A stretch of DNA of 32,000 bases, taken from NCBI RefSeq assembly GCF_000734015.1, contig NZ_CP008796.1, forward strand, positions 1,230,001 through 1,262,000, read 5' to 3'. Of this stretch, positions 8,918-17,621 are shown in pieces (within the stretch, counting starts at the first letter, position 1; each line of letters opens with the position of its first letter). This DNA comes from Thermodesulfobacterium commune DSM 2178 (GTDB lineage Bacteria; Desulfobacterota; Thermodesulfobacteria; Thermodesulfobacteriales; Thermodesulfobacteriaceae). The position numbers and the translations under genes were made by a program. The notes under the pieces were generated by a model. It did not search any database and was not told where the DNA came from. It was given only the letters and a program-made list of their open reading frames with translations.

Positions 8918-9748
8918 TTGATGGGTGATTTGCTTTTTGACCTATATTTTTTGGTTTATTTTGTTTCGTGGATAGGTTTTTATTTTTATTTTAAAACCCT
9001 TAAGAAAGAGGCGTTAAAATACGCCCAAATCGTCTTGGGTTTAGGTTTTTTTTTACACACCGTATTTTGGGGGATAAAAGCTTACGAGATAGCGATTTTA
9101 AAGGTCTTAACCTTTAAAGAAGTTTTAAACTTCTTAGCTTGGAGCCTTGTTTTAGTTTATTTCGGCTTTTCTTTTTTAAGCCAGGTAAAACTTTATACTG
9201 TAGGTTTTTTTATCCTCCCCTGGGTAATTGGCTGTCTTCTTTTAAGCTTTTTTTTATCCTCTGGTAAAGTTTCCCCCTTTTCCCCTTATTTTTATAACCT
9301 TTGGTTTCCTATACATGGAATTTCTGGCTTAATCTCCCATGCCTTTTTACTCTTTGGTCTCACCACTTCGATCATGTATATTTTGCAAGAACGAGAAATT
9401 AAAAAAAAATCTTTAGGTCTTTTTTATAAAAAACTTCCTCCTTTAGAGTATTTAGACCGGGCAAGTGAAATCTCCCTTTATCTTGGGTTTCTTTTTCTTT
9501 CTATCTCGATAATCACCGGGGCTGTATGGAGCAACTTTGTTTTTGGGGACTACTGGAGATGGTCTTCAAAGGAAGTGTTTTCTCTGGTGTTGTGGTTGCT
9601 TTATGCGGTGCTTATCCATCAAAGGGTAGTCATTGGCTGGAGAGGAAAAAGGTCTGCTAAGATGTTTATTTTAGGGTTCGGGATTTGGTTTTTAAGCTTC
9701 TTTGTGATAAACTTATTTACCAAGGGGTTTCATACTTATGGGTCTTGA
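8918..9748 (+). CDS. cytochrome c assembly (CcsA/ResC-type, HemX-like) polytopic membrane protein
   Basis: About eight predicted TM helices. The Trp-rich segment is GAVWSNFVFGDYWRWSSKEVFSLVLWLLYAVLIH, which resembles the WGxxWxWDPKE heme-handling motif but with WSSKE. The track start is TTG at 8918; ATG at 8921 is an equally plausible start. Its end overlaps hemA by 11 nt. Confidence 0.75.
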   Translation: MMGDLLFDLYFLVYFVSWIGFYFYFKTLKKEALKYAQIVLGLGFFLHTVFWGIKAYEIAILKVLTFKEVLNFLAWSLVLVYFGFSFLSQVKLYTVGFFILPWVIGCLLLSFFLSSGKVSPFSPYFYNLWFPIHGISGLISHAFLLFGLTTSIMYILQEREIKKKSLGLFYKKLPPLEYLDRASEISLYLGFLFLSISIITGAVWSNFVFGDYWRWSSKEVFSLVLWLLYAVLIHQRVVIGWRGKRSAKMFILGFGIWFLSFFVINLFTKGFHTYGS

Positions 9749-11150
9749 CCTTGAGATTACCATCCTTCTCGTAGGACTAAACCATAAAACCGCTCCGGTA
9801 GAAATAAGAGAAAAACTTTCTTTTAAAGACAGCCCAGTCTTTCCCCTTGAAAAGCTAAAAAGTGAGGGACTAAGCTTTAAAGAAGCCTATTTTCTTTCTA
9901 CCTGTAACAGGGTCGAGTTTTGCTTTGTGTTAGAAAAATCTCAAAAAGACTTTTTCTTATCTGAACTGTTTTCTTTTTTTGAAAAAGAGGTAAAGGTCAC
10001 ACAAAATGAGCTTAAAAAGTACTTTTATCAGTTAGAAAACGACGAGGCGGTAAAGCATCTTTTTGAGGTAGCCTGTGGTCTTGATTCTCTTGTTTTAGGA
10101 GAACCTCAAATTTTAGGACAGGTAAAAGAAGCGTATCAAAAAGCACTTTTTTATAAAACTTCAGGGATTGTGCTCAATCGTCTTTTGCACAGATGTTTTT
10201 TTGTTGCCAAAAGGGTTAGGACTGAAACCGGCATCGGAGGAGGCGCTGTCTCTATAAGCTATGCTGCCTGTGAACTTGCAAAAAAAATCCTCGGAAGCCT
10301 CAAACAAAAGGTGGTGTTACTGGTAGGTGCAGGAGAGATGGCAGAACTTGCCTGTATGCATTTTATCTCAGCCGGGGTTAAAAAAGTTTTGATCGCCAAC
10401 CGAACTATTTCTAAGGCTGTTGAGCTTGCTGACCGGTTTAAAGGAGAGGCTTACAGTTTAGAAGAACTGCCTTATGTACTTACCAAGGCAGATGTGGTTA
10501 TTTCCTCTACAGGTGCCCCCTCTTTTGTAATTACTAAAAAGATGGTTGCCTCTATCTTAAAACTCAGAAAGTTCCGACCCCTTTTTATCATAGACATAGC
10601 TGTTCCAAGAGATGTAGAACCTGAGGTTAATCAGTTGGAAAACGTCTATGTCTACAACATAGACGACCTAAAAGAGGTGGTAGAGGGAAACTTCCAAGAA
10701 CGTAAAAAAGAAGCCTTGAGGGCAAAGGTTATCATCGAAGAAGAGGTGTTCAAGTTTAAAAAATGGCTTAAACAAATGGAGTTGCATCCTACTATCAAAG
10801 CTCTCAGTGAAAAAATGGAACAACTAAGAAAAAACGAACTGGCAAAAACCCTAAAAAAACTTAAAAACCTCTCGGAGGAAGAAAAACAACACTTAGAAGT
10901 TTTAACCCAATCTTTGGTCCAAAAAATCATTTACTATCCTATCAAATTTATCAAAAAAGACCATCACGAAAAAGGAAGCAAGGCTATAGGTATAATAAGA
11001 CAGATGTTTGAACTAGATAGCTTAGAGACTGAAACTCAGTTTAAACAACCAGAGAATTTAGAAAATTCAGATCAAACTGAAAAAGAACTACCCAAAAGAG
11101 AAGAAAAACAACCGATAGACCCTTCTATGAAAAAAGTTTTATTACAGTAA
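9738..11150 (+). CDS. hemA: glutamyl-tRNA reductase
   Basis: VGLNHKTAPVEIREKLSF, STCNRVEFC (catalytic Cys), LDSLVLGEPQILGQVK, and the NADPH-binding motif LVGAGEMAE. It carries a roughly 50-aa acidic low-complexity C-terminal tail. Confidence 0.92.
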   Translation: MGLDLEITILLVGLNHKTAPVEIREKLSFKDSPVFPLEKLKSEGLSFKEAYFLSTCNRVEFCFVLEKSQKDFFLSELFSFFEKEVKVTQNELKKYFYQLENDEAVKHLFEVACGLDSLVLGEPQILGQVKEAYQKALFYKTSGIVLNRLLHRCFFVAKRVRTETGIGGGAVSISYAACELAKKILGSLKQKVVLLVGAGEMAELACMHFISAGVKKVLIANRTISKAVELADRFKGEAYSLEELPYVLTKADVVISSTGAPSFVITKKMVASILKLRKFRPLFIIDIAVPRDVEPEVNQLENVYVYNIDDLKEVVEGNFQERKKEALRAKVIIEEEVFKFKKWLKQMELHPTIKALSEKMEQLRKNELAKTLKKLKNLSEEEKQHLEVLTQSLVQKIIYYPIKFIKKDHHEKGSKAIGIIRQMFELDSLETETQFKQPENLENSDQTEKELPKREEKQPIDPSMKKVLLQ

Positions 11151-11153
11151 AAC

Positions 11154-11609
11154 CTAAAAAGGAATATCATCTTCATCGATCAAAGGTTCTTCTAAAGCCT
11201 CAAGTTCTAAATCGACAGATTTTTTAGAGATTTTGGGGGAGGTTTCCATATGATAGGATTTAGCAGAATCATTAGAGGTTGAGGACTTTTTATCTAAAAT
11301 TTGCATGTTTTGAGCGACTATTTCTGTAACATACCTTTGCATACCCTGTTTATCTTCAAACTTGCGTGTTCTAAGTTTACCTTCTATGTAGACCTGAGAA
11401 CCTTTACTTAGATATTCTCCACAGATCTCTGCCAACCGACCAAAAGCAACCACCCTATGCCATTCAGTAAGAACCTCTTTCTCTCCGTTCCTTACGATTA
11501 CCTCATTGGTAGCTAATCTAAAACTGACCACAGGTTTTCCATCAATAGTATACCTAATCTCTGGATCGGCCCCTAACCTTCCTATCAAAATAACTTTGTT
11601 TATACTCAT
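11154..11609 (-). CDS. ssb: single-stranded DNA-binding protein
   Basis: OB-fold N-terminus: MSINKVILIGRLGADPEIRYT...TEWHRVVAFGRLAE. It has the canonical acidic C-terminal tip DEDDIPF. Confidence 0.95.
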   Translation of the reverse strand: MSINKVILIGRLGADPEIRYTIDGKPVVSFRLATNEVIVRNGEKEVLTEWHRVVAFGRLAEICGEYLSKGSQVYIEGKLRTRKFEDKQGMQRYVTEIVAQNMQILDKKSSTSNDSAKSYHMETSPKISKKSVDLELEALEEPLIDEDDIPF

Positions 11610-11700
11610 AGTTTAAATATTAAACCCCTTTTCTCATTTTTCAACCTGACATATAATTAATATCTGATTATATAACACCCCCAAAGACAAGGAGTAAATC

Positions 11701-11937
11701 ATGAAAAAAGGTCCGTTTTATAAAATTCATCCTATCGTGGTTGGAACCAAAGTTTTTGATAAAGGAATGATGACCTATCAACACGATTATGGAAAGGAAT
11801 ATGTAATCCCAATCTATTGTTGGCTGATCGAGGGTTCAGACAAAGTTATCCTTATAGATACAGGTCTTCTTGAGGTAATACAATCTGATTTTAGAGAACA
11901 GGCTATCGGTGGAAAAATCTATAAATTTGAAGAAGGG
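11701..11937 (+). pseudogene. metallo-beta-lactamase-fold hydrolase (AHL-lactonase-like), 5' fragment (codons 1-79) interrupted by an IS element
   Basis: Good RBS (AAGGAG). The sequence MKKGPFYKIHPIVVGT...YCWLIEGSDKVILIDTG is the N-terminal beta-strand region of MBL hydrolases. After ...KFEEG the track ORF (to 12015) reads into IS sequence. Confidence 0.8.
11929..11937. repeat. target-site duplication, left copy (GAAGAAGGG; 8 or 9 bp)
   Basis: The identical 9-mer recurs at 13276-13284. Removing one copy and the intervening 1338 bp restores one continuous MBL reading frame. Confidence 0.8.
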
Positions 11938-13275
11938 ACACTTGTCAAGAGAATTGTGTCTCCTTATAAAATCTCTTTACAAACATTTGCCTCAATTCGT
12001 ATAAAGCAGACTTAATTAAAGGAAGTGGTTTTTGCCATCTCGTTTTCTGAATCCGACTTACTGTTATGTATATCGCAACCTCTGCTGTCTTGATTGATTG
12101 AAAATATCCCCCTGTATTTACCCTTATCAGCTCTATCCTGCTATTTATATTCTCAACCACATTCGTCGTGTATATATACCTCCTCACCCCCTCAGGATAT
12201 TTCTTATAAACAAAATAATGCTCCTTCTTTTTCAAAAGTCCCTTTATATAAGCTGGATACTTCTTCTCATAACTCTTACATAATTCCTCAAATCTAATTA
12301 AGGCCCTCTCATACTCCTCTATCCTCTTTATAATGCTTAACTCCTCATAAAATTTTTTAGCATCCTGCTTAGACATGTTCCTGTTGATGTTCCTTTGCAT
12401 GTGTACAAAACAAAGCTGATGATCTGTCTCAGGAAAAAGGGCTTTTATGGCTTGAGCAAGGCCAGGAAAATCATCACTCACTATTACCATAACCCTCTTA
12501 ACTCCCCTCTTTATCAAATCATTAAGTATCTGGAGCCAGTCCTCCTTCGTCTCTGAACCAAAATAAATGTAATAAGAAAGTAAATTTTTTCTTCCCTCCA
12601 TATCTATTCCGATGATATTATAAATAACTGCTTTTCTGATTCTGTTGGCTTCGGTATCTTTTATCTGAGTATGATAAGCGTCTATAAACATAGCAAACAA
12701 ATTTTCTGGCAATTCTTTGGTTTTTAATTCTTTGGCTTGGTTATACAATTCTTCTTTAATTTCTTCTATTTGTTCTGGAGAGTAGGGAAGTTTCATAGAT
12801 TGCAAGAGGGCTTTGATTTTATTGGGGGAGTAGCTTTGGAGAACGAGGTTAAGGATAAAGTCCTGGAAAGATTCATCAGCTTTTTGCCATTCAGGAGGAA
12901 GAATAGCAGGTCTGAATTCAGATTTTCTATCTCTTGGGACAGAGATACCAAGGTTACCTAAGAAACAGGCAAGTTGTCTTTCATAGTAACCATTAGCTTT
13001 ATTATCAATACTATCTCTAAGGAATATTTCTCTTTCTTTTTTCATGAGAGCGTTTAAGAGGAGTGCAGCAGCCATTTTGATACCCTCTTTTGATTCAATT
13101 TTTGAGATTTCACTTAAAACTTTTTCTAAATCTAAGTCTAAGTTTTTCATTTTACAGACCTCCTGGTTAGTTTAGTCTTTTAGGTTTTATGTTATCATTA
13201 ATTTAAAAAATATTAAAAATTTTTATTATGCCTCTAAAATATTTTATTAAAAGACACAATTTATATTCTACTCCC
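11937..13275 (-). mobile_element. IS256-family insertion sequence (about 1.34 kb)
   Basis: A single mutator/IS256-type transposase ORF fills the element. It is flanked by an 8-9 bp direct repeat. Imperfect terminal inverted repeats share a core, AATTGTGTCT..TA.AAAAT (11952-11977 versus complement of 13236-13261, 22 of 26 identical). The boundary is uncertain by 1 nt, depending on an 8 versus 9 bp duplication. Confidence 0.85.
11945..13150 (-). CDS. IS256-family (mutator-type) transposase, apparently intact
   Basis: 401 aa. Family hallmarks: DAYHTQIKD, VIYNIIGIDMEGRKNLL, DDFPGLAQAIKALFPETDHQLCFVHMQRN, TTNVVENINSRIE. The RBS AGGAGG lies upstream of the ATG at 13150. Confidence 0.92.
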   Translation of the reverse strand: MKNLDLDLEKVLSEISKIESKEGIKMAAALLLNALMKKEREIFLRDSIDNKANGYYERQLACFLGNLGISVPRDRKSEFRPAILPPEWQKADESFQDFILNLVLQSYSPNKIKALLQSMKLPYSPEQIEEIKEELYNQAKELKTKELPENLFAMFIDAYHTQIKDTEANRIRKAVIYNIIGIDMEGRKNLLSYYIYFGSETKEDWLQILNDLIKRGVKRVMVIVSDDFPGLAQAIKALFPETDHQLCFVHMQRNINRNMSKQDAKKFYEELSIIKRIEEYERALIRFEELCKSYEKKYPAYIKGLLKKKEHYFVYKKYPEGVRRYIYTTNVVENINSRIELIRVNTGGYFQSIKTAEVAIYITVSRIQKTRWQKPLPLIKSALYELRQMFVKRFYKETQFS

Positions 13276-13806
13276 GAAGAAGGGCTTGCTAAATGGGGAC
13301 TTTCTCCTAAAGATATAGACATAGTCATTCATACCCATCTTCATAACGACCATTGTGAAAACGATTTCAAATGTGTCAATGCAACCTTTTATGCCCATGA
13401 GTTAGAGTTTCAATCTGCCTACAATCCCCATCCTTTAGACTTTAGATATATGGTTGAGTTTATAGAAGATTTAGACCAGGCAGGGCAGATGGTGCATATA
13501 AAAGAAGAGGTGTTTGAGGTAGCCCCTGGAATTACCATGGTGCACACCCCTGCACATACTAAAGGAGGAATGAGCGTTCTTATCAACACAGAAAAAGGGC
13601 TTGTAGGAATAACCGGATTTTGTGTAATTCAGGAAAATTTTGAACCTCCCAGTAAAATAAAAGCCATGGGAATGGAGGTTATCCCTCCTGGCACCAACAT
13701 AGACCCTTATTTAGCCTATGATCAGATGGTAAAATTTAAAAATATGGTAGACATTTTAATTCCATTACATGAACCAAGGTTTTCCTCTTTAGAAACCATT
13801 CCTTAA
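13276..13806 (+). pseudogene. metallo-beta-lactamase-fold hydrolase, 3' fragment (target-duplication copy plus the remainder of the gene)
   Basis: EEGLAKWGLSPKDIDIVIHTHLHNDHCEN carries the HxHxDH zinc motif, followed by downstream His ligands (VHTPAHTKGG, IPLHEP). The track ORF start at 13228 lies inside the IS end. Confidence 0.8.
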
Positions 13807-13833
13807 AGGCTAAAGTAAAAAATTTTAAATGGT

Positions 13834-16428
13834 TTAAGCCTTAAATTTGGTACTGATCCCTTTATATCGCCTTTTTATAAGCTTTTCTATTTCTACAGCT
13901 ATAAACACTATAGATGATGCTGCAAAGGTAATGATTAACTCTCTTAAGGACAGGGGTTGGGTGTGGAAAAGTTTATTAAAGAGCGGACAGTAGATGATAC
14001 CTAGTTGTAAAACCACGCTAAAAACTATGGTATAAAAAAGCGGCTTATTAGAAAACAACCCTATCTTAAAAATAGACTCCTTTTCAGACCTTATCGCAAG
14101 AGCATGTCCCAACTGACTTAAGCACAAGACAGAAAACACCATGGTTTGCCAGTGAAGGTTGTATTTTATGGCTAACCCCTGAATGAAAAGACAAACTATT
14201 CCCATCAACCATCCCACCCAAACAATATGGATTCCAAGTCCATGGGCAAAAAGGCTTTCTTTAGGATGCCTGGGAGGTCTTTGCATTATGTCTTTTTCCT
14301 CTCTTTCTCCTGATAAAGCGATCCCTGGAAGGCCATCTGTAATCAGGTTTATCCAAAGTATATGAACCGGTAAAAGAGGTAAAGGAAGACCTAAAAAGGG
14401 AGCTAAGGCTACTGTCCAGATTTCTCCAGAGTTGCTGGTCATGGTGTATTTTACAAACTTTCTTATGTTATCATAGATCCTTCTTCCCTCTTTTACCGCT
14501 TGGGTAATGGTGGCAAAGTTATCATCAAGAAGTATCAAATCACTTGCCTCTTTAGCTACTTCTGTGCCACTTCCCATGGCAACCCCTATGTCTGCCTTTT
14601 TCAAGGCTGGGGCATCGTTTACTCCATCTCCTGTCATGGCCACAAACTGCCCTTTGTCCTGCAATGCCTTTACAATCTTTAACTTTTGTTCAGGAGAAGT
14701 CCTTGCATAAACCTTTATCTTCTCTACCCTTTTTTCAAAATCTTCTAAAGACATCTCCTCTAATTCTTTCCCTGTAATCAGCGCACTATCTAAAGGATCA
14801 TCTTTTTCAACGATTGAAAGGTCCTTAGCGATAGCCCAGGCAGTTACAGGGTGGTCTCCTGTGATCATCACCACCTTTATTCCTGCAGACTTACAGAGAG
14901 CTATAGCCTCCTTTACTTCCTTTCTCGGTGGATCAATCATTCCACAAAATCCAAGAAAAATAAGCTTGCTTTCCATAGTTTCGGTTTCAAAAAACTCAGG
15001 GATTTCCTTATATGAAAAGGCTAACACTCTCATACCTTTTTTAGCAAACTCTAAAGCCTTGTCAGAGATCTCTTTCTTTATTTCTTCTGTAAGAGGAACT
15101 ATCTTGTCCTCAAGCAGAATAAAAGCTGACTTTTCAAGGATGGTTTCTAAACTGCCTTTGGTAAAAACAATATATCCATTTTCTTTTTTATGAACCGTGG
15201 TCATAGCCTTTCTTTTTGGGTCAAACGGAATTTCAAACACACGAGGGAATTTTTTCTGAAGCTCGACTTTTTCAAAATGGTTCTCTTTCGCATATTCATA
15301 AAGGGCAATCTCTGTAGGGTCTCCGGTAGGGTTACCTTCCTCTGTAAGCCTGATATCGTTATTTAAAGCCATACATAAAAAAAGATAGTTGGTCTGTTTT
15401 TCAAACGAAAAAACCTCTCTTACTGTCATTTTATTTTGGGTTAAAGTGCCGGTTTTATCTGTACAGATAAAGGTTACCGAACCTAAGGTTTCTACTGCAG
15501 GCAAATTTCTTACAAGAGCATTTAGAGCAACCATTTTTTTGGCACCAAGAGCAAGGGTGATGGTCACCACTGCTGGCAAGGCCTCAGGAACAGCAGCCAC
15601 AGCCAAAGCAACCGAGGTAAGAATCATCCTTAAGGGTTCTTCATCCCTTAAAACCCCAAGAATAAAAATAAGCAAACAAATAAAAAGAATGGCTACACCA
15701 AGTTTTTTTCCAAAATCAGTAAGCCTTTTCTGAAGCGGGGTCTTAGTGTCTTCCTGTTGGACCATTTTTGCAATTTTTCCAAGCTCAGTATTCATTCCTG
15801 TGGCAACTACCACTCCCTTTCCCCTTCCGTTGGTGACAAAAGTTCCTTTAAAAACCATGTTTTTCTGTTCAGATACAGGCAATTTTTCTCCTGAAATTGG
15901 TTCAACCTGTTTTGAAACAGGAACAGATTCACCGGTAAGTAAAGATTCGTCAACCTTAAGTTGATAGGCCTCTAAAAGCCTTAAGTCTGCTGGGATAACC
16001 TCTCCTGCCTCGATCAAAACTATATCCCCTGGAACAAGTTCCTCAGCCGGGATTTTTTTAATCTTCCCGTCTCTTATAACTACTGCATAAAGAGAAAGCA
16101 TCTTTGAAAGGGCTTCCATTGCCTTTTCTGCTCTGTAGGCCTGTATAAACCCAATAAGACTGTTTATTAAAAGAATGACGGTTATAGTAACCGCATCAAT
16201 CCACTCTCCTAAAAAACCAGAAATAAGGGCAGCTCCAACAAGGATAAAAACAAGAAAATCTTTAAACTGACTCAAAAATAAATTTAAAGGAGATCTTTTC
16301 TTTTTCTTTTCCAAAACGTTTTTTCCATAAATCGCAAGCCTTTGGGTAGCCTCTCTTTCTGAAAGACCTGTTGGACCGGTGTTTAAAACTTCTAAAATCT
16401 CTTCTGCGGTTTTTTGATAAAACTCCAT
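13834..16428 (-). CDS. P-type (E1-E2) cation-transporting ATPase, type IIA, Ca2+-ATPase-like
   Basis: TGES actuator motif (LTGESVPV), phosphorylation site ICTDKTGTLT, PEALPAV in M4, MITGDHP, and the hinge MTGDGVNDAPALKKADIGVAMG. I start it at the internal Met (MEFYQKTAEEILEVL..., complement of 16426-16428). The 19 extra track residues ([19 protein letters not shown]) look like AT-rich intergenic read-through. No clear RBS precedes either start. Confidence 0.88.
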   Translation of the reverse strand: MEFYQKTAEEILEVLNTGPTGLSEREATQRLAIYGKNVLEKKKKRSPLNLFLSQFKDFLVFILVGAALISGFLGEWIDAVTITVILLINSLIGFIQAYRAEKAMEALSKMLSLYAVVIRDGKIKKIPAEELVPGDIVLIEAGEVIPADLRLLEAYQLKVDESLLTGESVPVSKQVEPISGEKLPVSEQKNMVFKGTFVTNGRGKGVVVATGMNTELGKIAKMVQQEDTKTPLQKRLTDFGKKLGVAILFICLLIFILGVLRDEEPLRMILTSVALAVAAVPEALPAVVTITLALGAKKMVALNALVRNLPAVETLGSVTFICTDKTGTLTQNKMTVREVFSFEKQTNYLFLCMALNNDIRLTEEGNPTGDPTEIALYEYAKENHFEKVELQKKFPRVFEIPFDPKRKAMTTVHKKENGYIVFTKGSLETILEKSAFILLEDKIVPLTEEIKKEISDKALEFAKKGMRVLAFSYKEIPEFFETETMESKLIFLGFCGMIDPPRKEVKEAIALCKSAGIKVVMITGDHPVTAWAIAKDLSIVEKDDPLDSALITGKELEEMSLEDFEKRVEKIKVYARTSPEQKLKIVKALQDKGQFVAMTGDGVNDAPALKKADIGVAMGSGTEVAKEASDLILLDDNFATITQAVKEGRRIYDNIRKFVKYTMTSNSGEIWTVALAPFLGLPLPLLPVHILWINLITDGLPGIALSGEREEKDIMQRPPRHPKESLFAHGLGIHIVWVGWLMGIVCLFIQGLAIKYNLHWQTMVFSVLCLSQLGHALAIRSEKESIFKIGLFSNKPLFYTIVFSVVLQLGIIYCPLFNKLFHTQPLSLRELIITFAASSIVFIAVEIEKLIKRRYKGISTKFKA

Positions 16429-16508
16429 GAGAAAGATTTTAATTTTAAAGTTTAAAATTTTGAAGATTTTGAGGCTAAAATTCATATCTTTTTTAAAAAA
16501 AATTTTTA

Positions 16509-16517
16509 TGGTATGAT
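16509..16517 (+). promoter_or_regulatory. extended -10 promoter element candidate for recA (TGgTATGAT)
   Basis: TG lies at 16509-16510 and TATGAT at 16512-16517. The -35 region is only a T-run. It lies about 30 nt upstream of the RBS GGGAGG and the ATG at 16549. Confidence 0.3.
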
Positions 16518-16548
16518 AAAAAAAGCAAATAACTGGGAGGTTATTTTT

Positions 16549-17607
16549 ATGGATGTTTTAGAAAAGAAAAAAGCCGTAGAGGCTGCTATTTCTCAAATAG
16601 AAAAGATGTTTGGTAAAGGTTCTATCATGAGACTCGGAGAGGGGGCTAAAAAAATAGAAGTTTCTGTAATTCCTACCGGGTCCCTCAGTCTTGATATTGC
16701 TACAGGTATAGGAGGCATCCCCAGAGGAAGGATAACAGAGATCTACGGGGCTGAGGCTTCAGGTAAAACTACCTTAGCCCTTCACATGGTAGCTGAGGCT
16801 CAAAAACAGGGGGGAGTAGCTGCTTTTATCGACGCTGAGCATGCCTTAGACCTAAACTACGCCCAAAAATTAGGAGTTAACATCGAAGACCTTCTTGTGT
16901 CCCAACCAGACACAGGAGAGCAAGCCTTAGAGATAGCAGAGGTATTAGCAAGAAGTGGGGCGGTAGATATCATAGTGATAGACTCAGTTGCAGCCCTTGT
17001 ACCTAAGGCTGAGATAGAAGGCGAAATGGAGGACCAACAAGTGGGGCTGCAGGCTCGTCTTATGTCTAAAGCCATGAGAAAACTTACCTCTGCCATCTCT
17101 AAAAGCAACACCGCTGTAGTTTTTATTAACCAAACTAGAATGAAGATAGGGACTTTCAGCTACGGAGGTCCCCCAGAAACCACCCCTGGAGGTATGGCCC
17201 TTAAGTTTTTTGCTTCGTTAAGACTTGAGATAAAGAAAATCGCCTCCATAAAAGAAGGACAAGAACCATTAGGACACAGGGTAAAAGTAAAAGTGGTAAA
17301 AAACAAATTGGCCCCTCCTTTTAAAGAGGTGGAATTTGACATCTATTTTGGAGAAGGTATCTCTAAGGAGGCTGAGCTGGTTGACCTTGGGGTAGAGATG
17401 GAAGTAATCGAAAAAAGCGGTTCCTGGTTCTCTTATCAGGGAGAAAGACTTGGGCAAGGCAAAGAAAACGTAAGAAAACTACTTAAAGAAAACAAACAAC
17501 TTGCCTTAGAGATAGAAAATAAAATAAGAGAAAAAGCAGGATTGCCTCTAATTAAAACCCCCTCTGAAAAATCTACCGAGAAACCTCAAAAGGGAAAACA
17601 AGGATAA
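16549..17607 (+). CDS. recA: recombinase A
   Basis: [27 protein letters not shown], Walker [19 protein letters not shown], and the L2 loop [11 protein letters not shown] chose the start at Met13 of the track ORF because GGGAGG lies 8 nt upstream and because of the conserved RecA N-terminus. Confidence 0.95.
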   Translation: MDVLEKKKAVEAAISQIEKMFGKGSIMRLGEGAKKIEVSVIPTGSLSLDIATGIGGIPRGRITEIYGAEASGKTTLALHMVAEAQKQGGVAAFIDAEHALDLNYAQKLGVNIEDLLVSQPDTGEQALEIAEVLARSGAVDIIVIDSVAALVPKAEIEGEMEDQQVGLQARLMSKAMRKLTSAISKSNTAVVFINQTRMKIGTFSYGGPPETTPGGMALKFFASLRLEIKKIASIKEGQEPLGHRVKVKVVKNKLAPPFKEVEFDIYFGEGISKEAELVDLGVEMEVIEKSGSWFSYQGERLGQGKENVRKLLKENKQLALEIENKIREKAGLPLIKTPSEKSTEKPQKGKQG

Positions 17608-17621
17608 AACTTGTTTAAGCC

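Noticed and set aside
11701-12015. A 104-aa ORF treated as an intact small protein
   Set aside because: Only the first 79 codons are hydrolase sequence. The remainder (TLVKRIVSPYKISLQTFASIRIKQT) is read-through into the IS terminal repeat and the antisense of the transposase 3' end.
12094-12961. Small + strand ORFs (67, 61 and 74 aa) inside the IS
   Set aside because: They lie antisense to the transposase gene, have low-complexity composition and show no start context.
13800-13840. A possible bidirectional terminator hairpin between the MBL fragment and the ATPase gene (GGCTTAAA...TTTAGCC)
   Set aside because: The stem is only about 7 bp, AT-rich, has a bulge and an 18-nt loop, and lacks a proper U-tract. 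It is too weak to call.
16429-16548. Longer N-terminal extensions from the ORF track for the P-type ATPase (start 16485), recA (start 16513) and the pmbA-like gene (start 19874)
   Set aside because: The extra residues are AT-rich intergenic translation or overlap the preceding gene. Conserved family N-termini begin at the internal Met codons. For recA the internal Met has a GGGAGG RBS, and the track start lies inside a likely -10 box.
16429-16548. An SOS (LexA) operator upstream of recA, and likewise upstream of ssb at 11610-11700
   Set aside because: I found no CTGT-N8-ACAG or GAAC-N4-GTTC type palindrome in either intergenic region.
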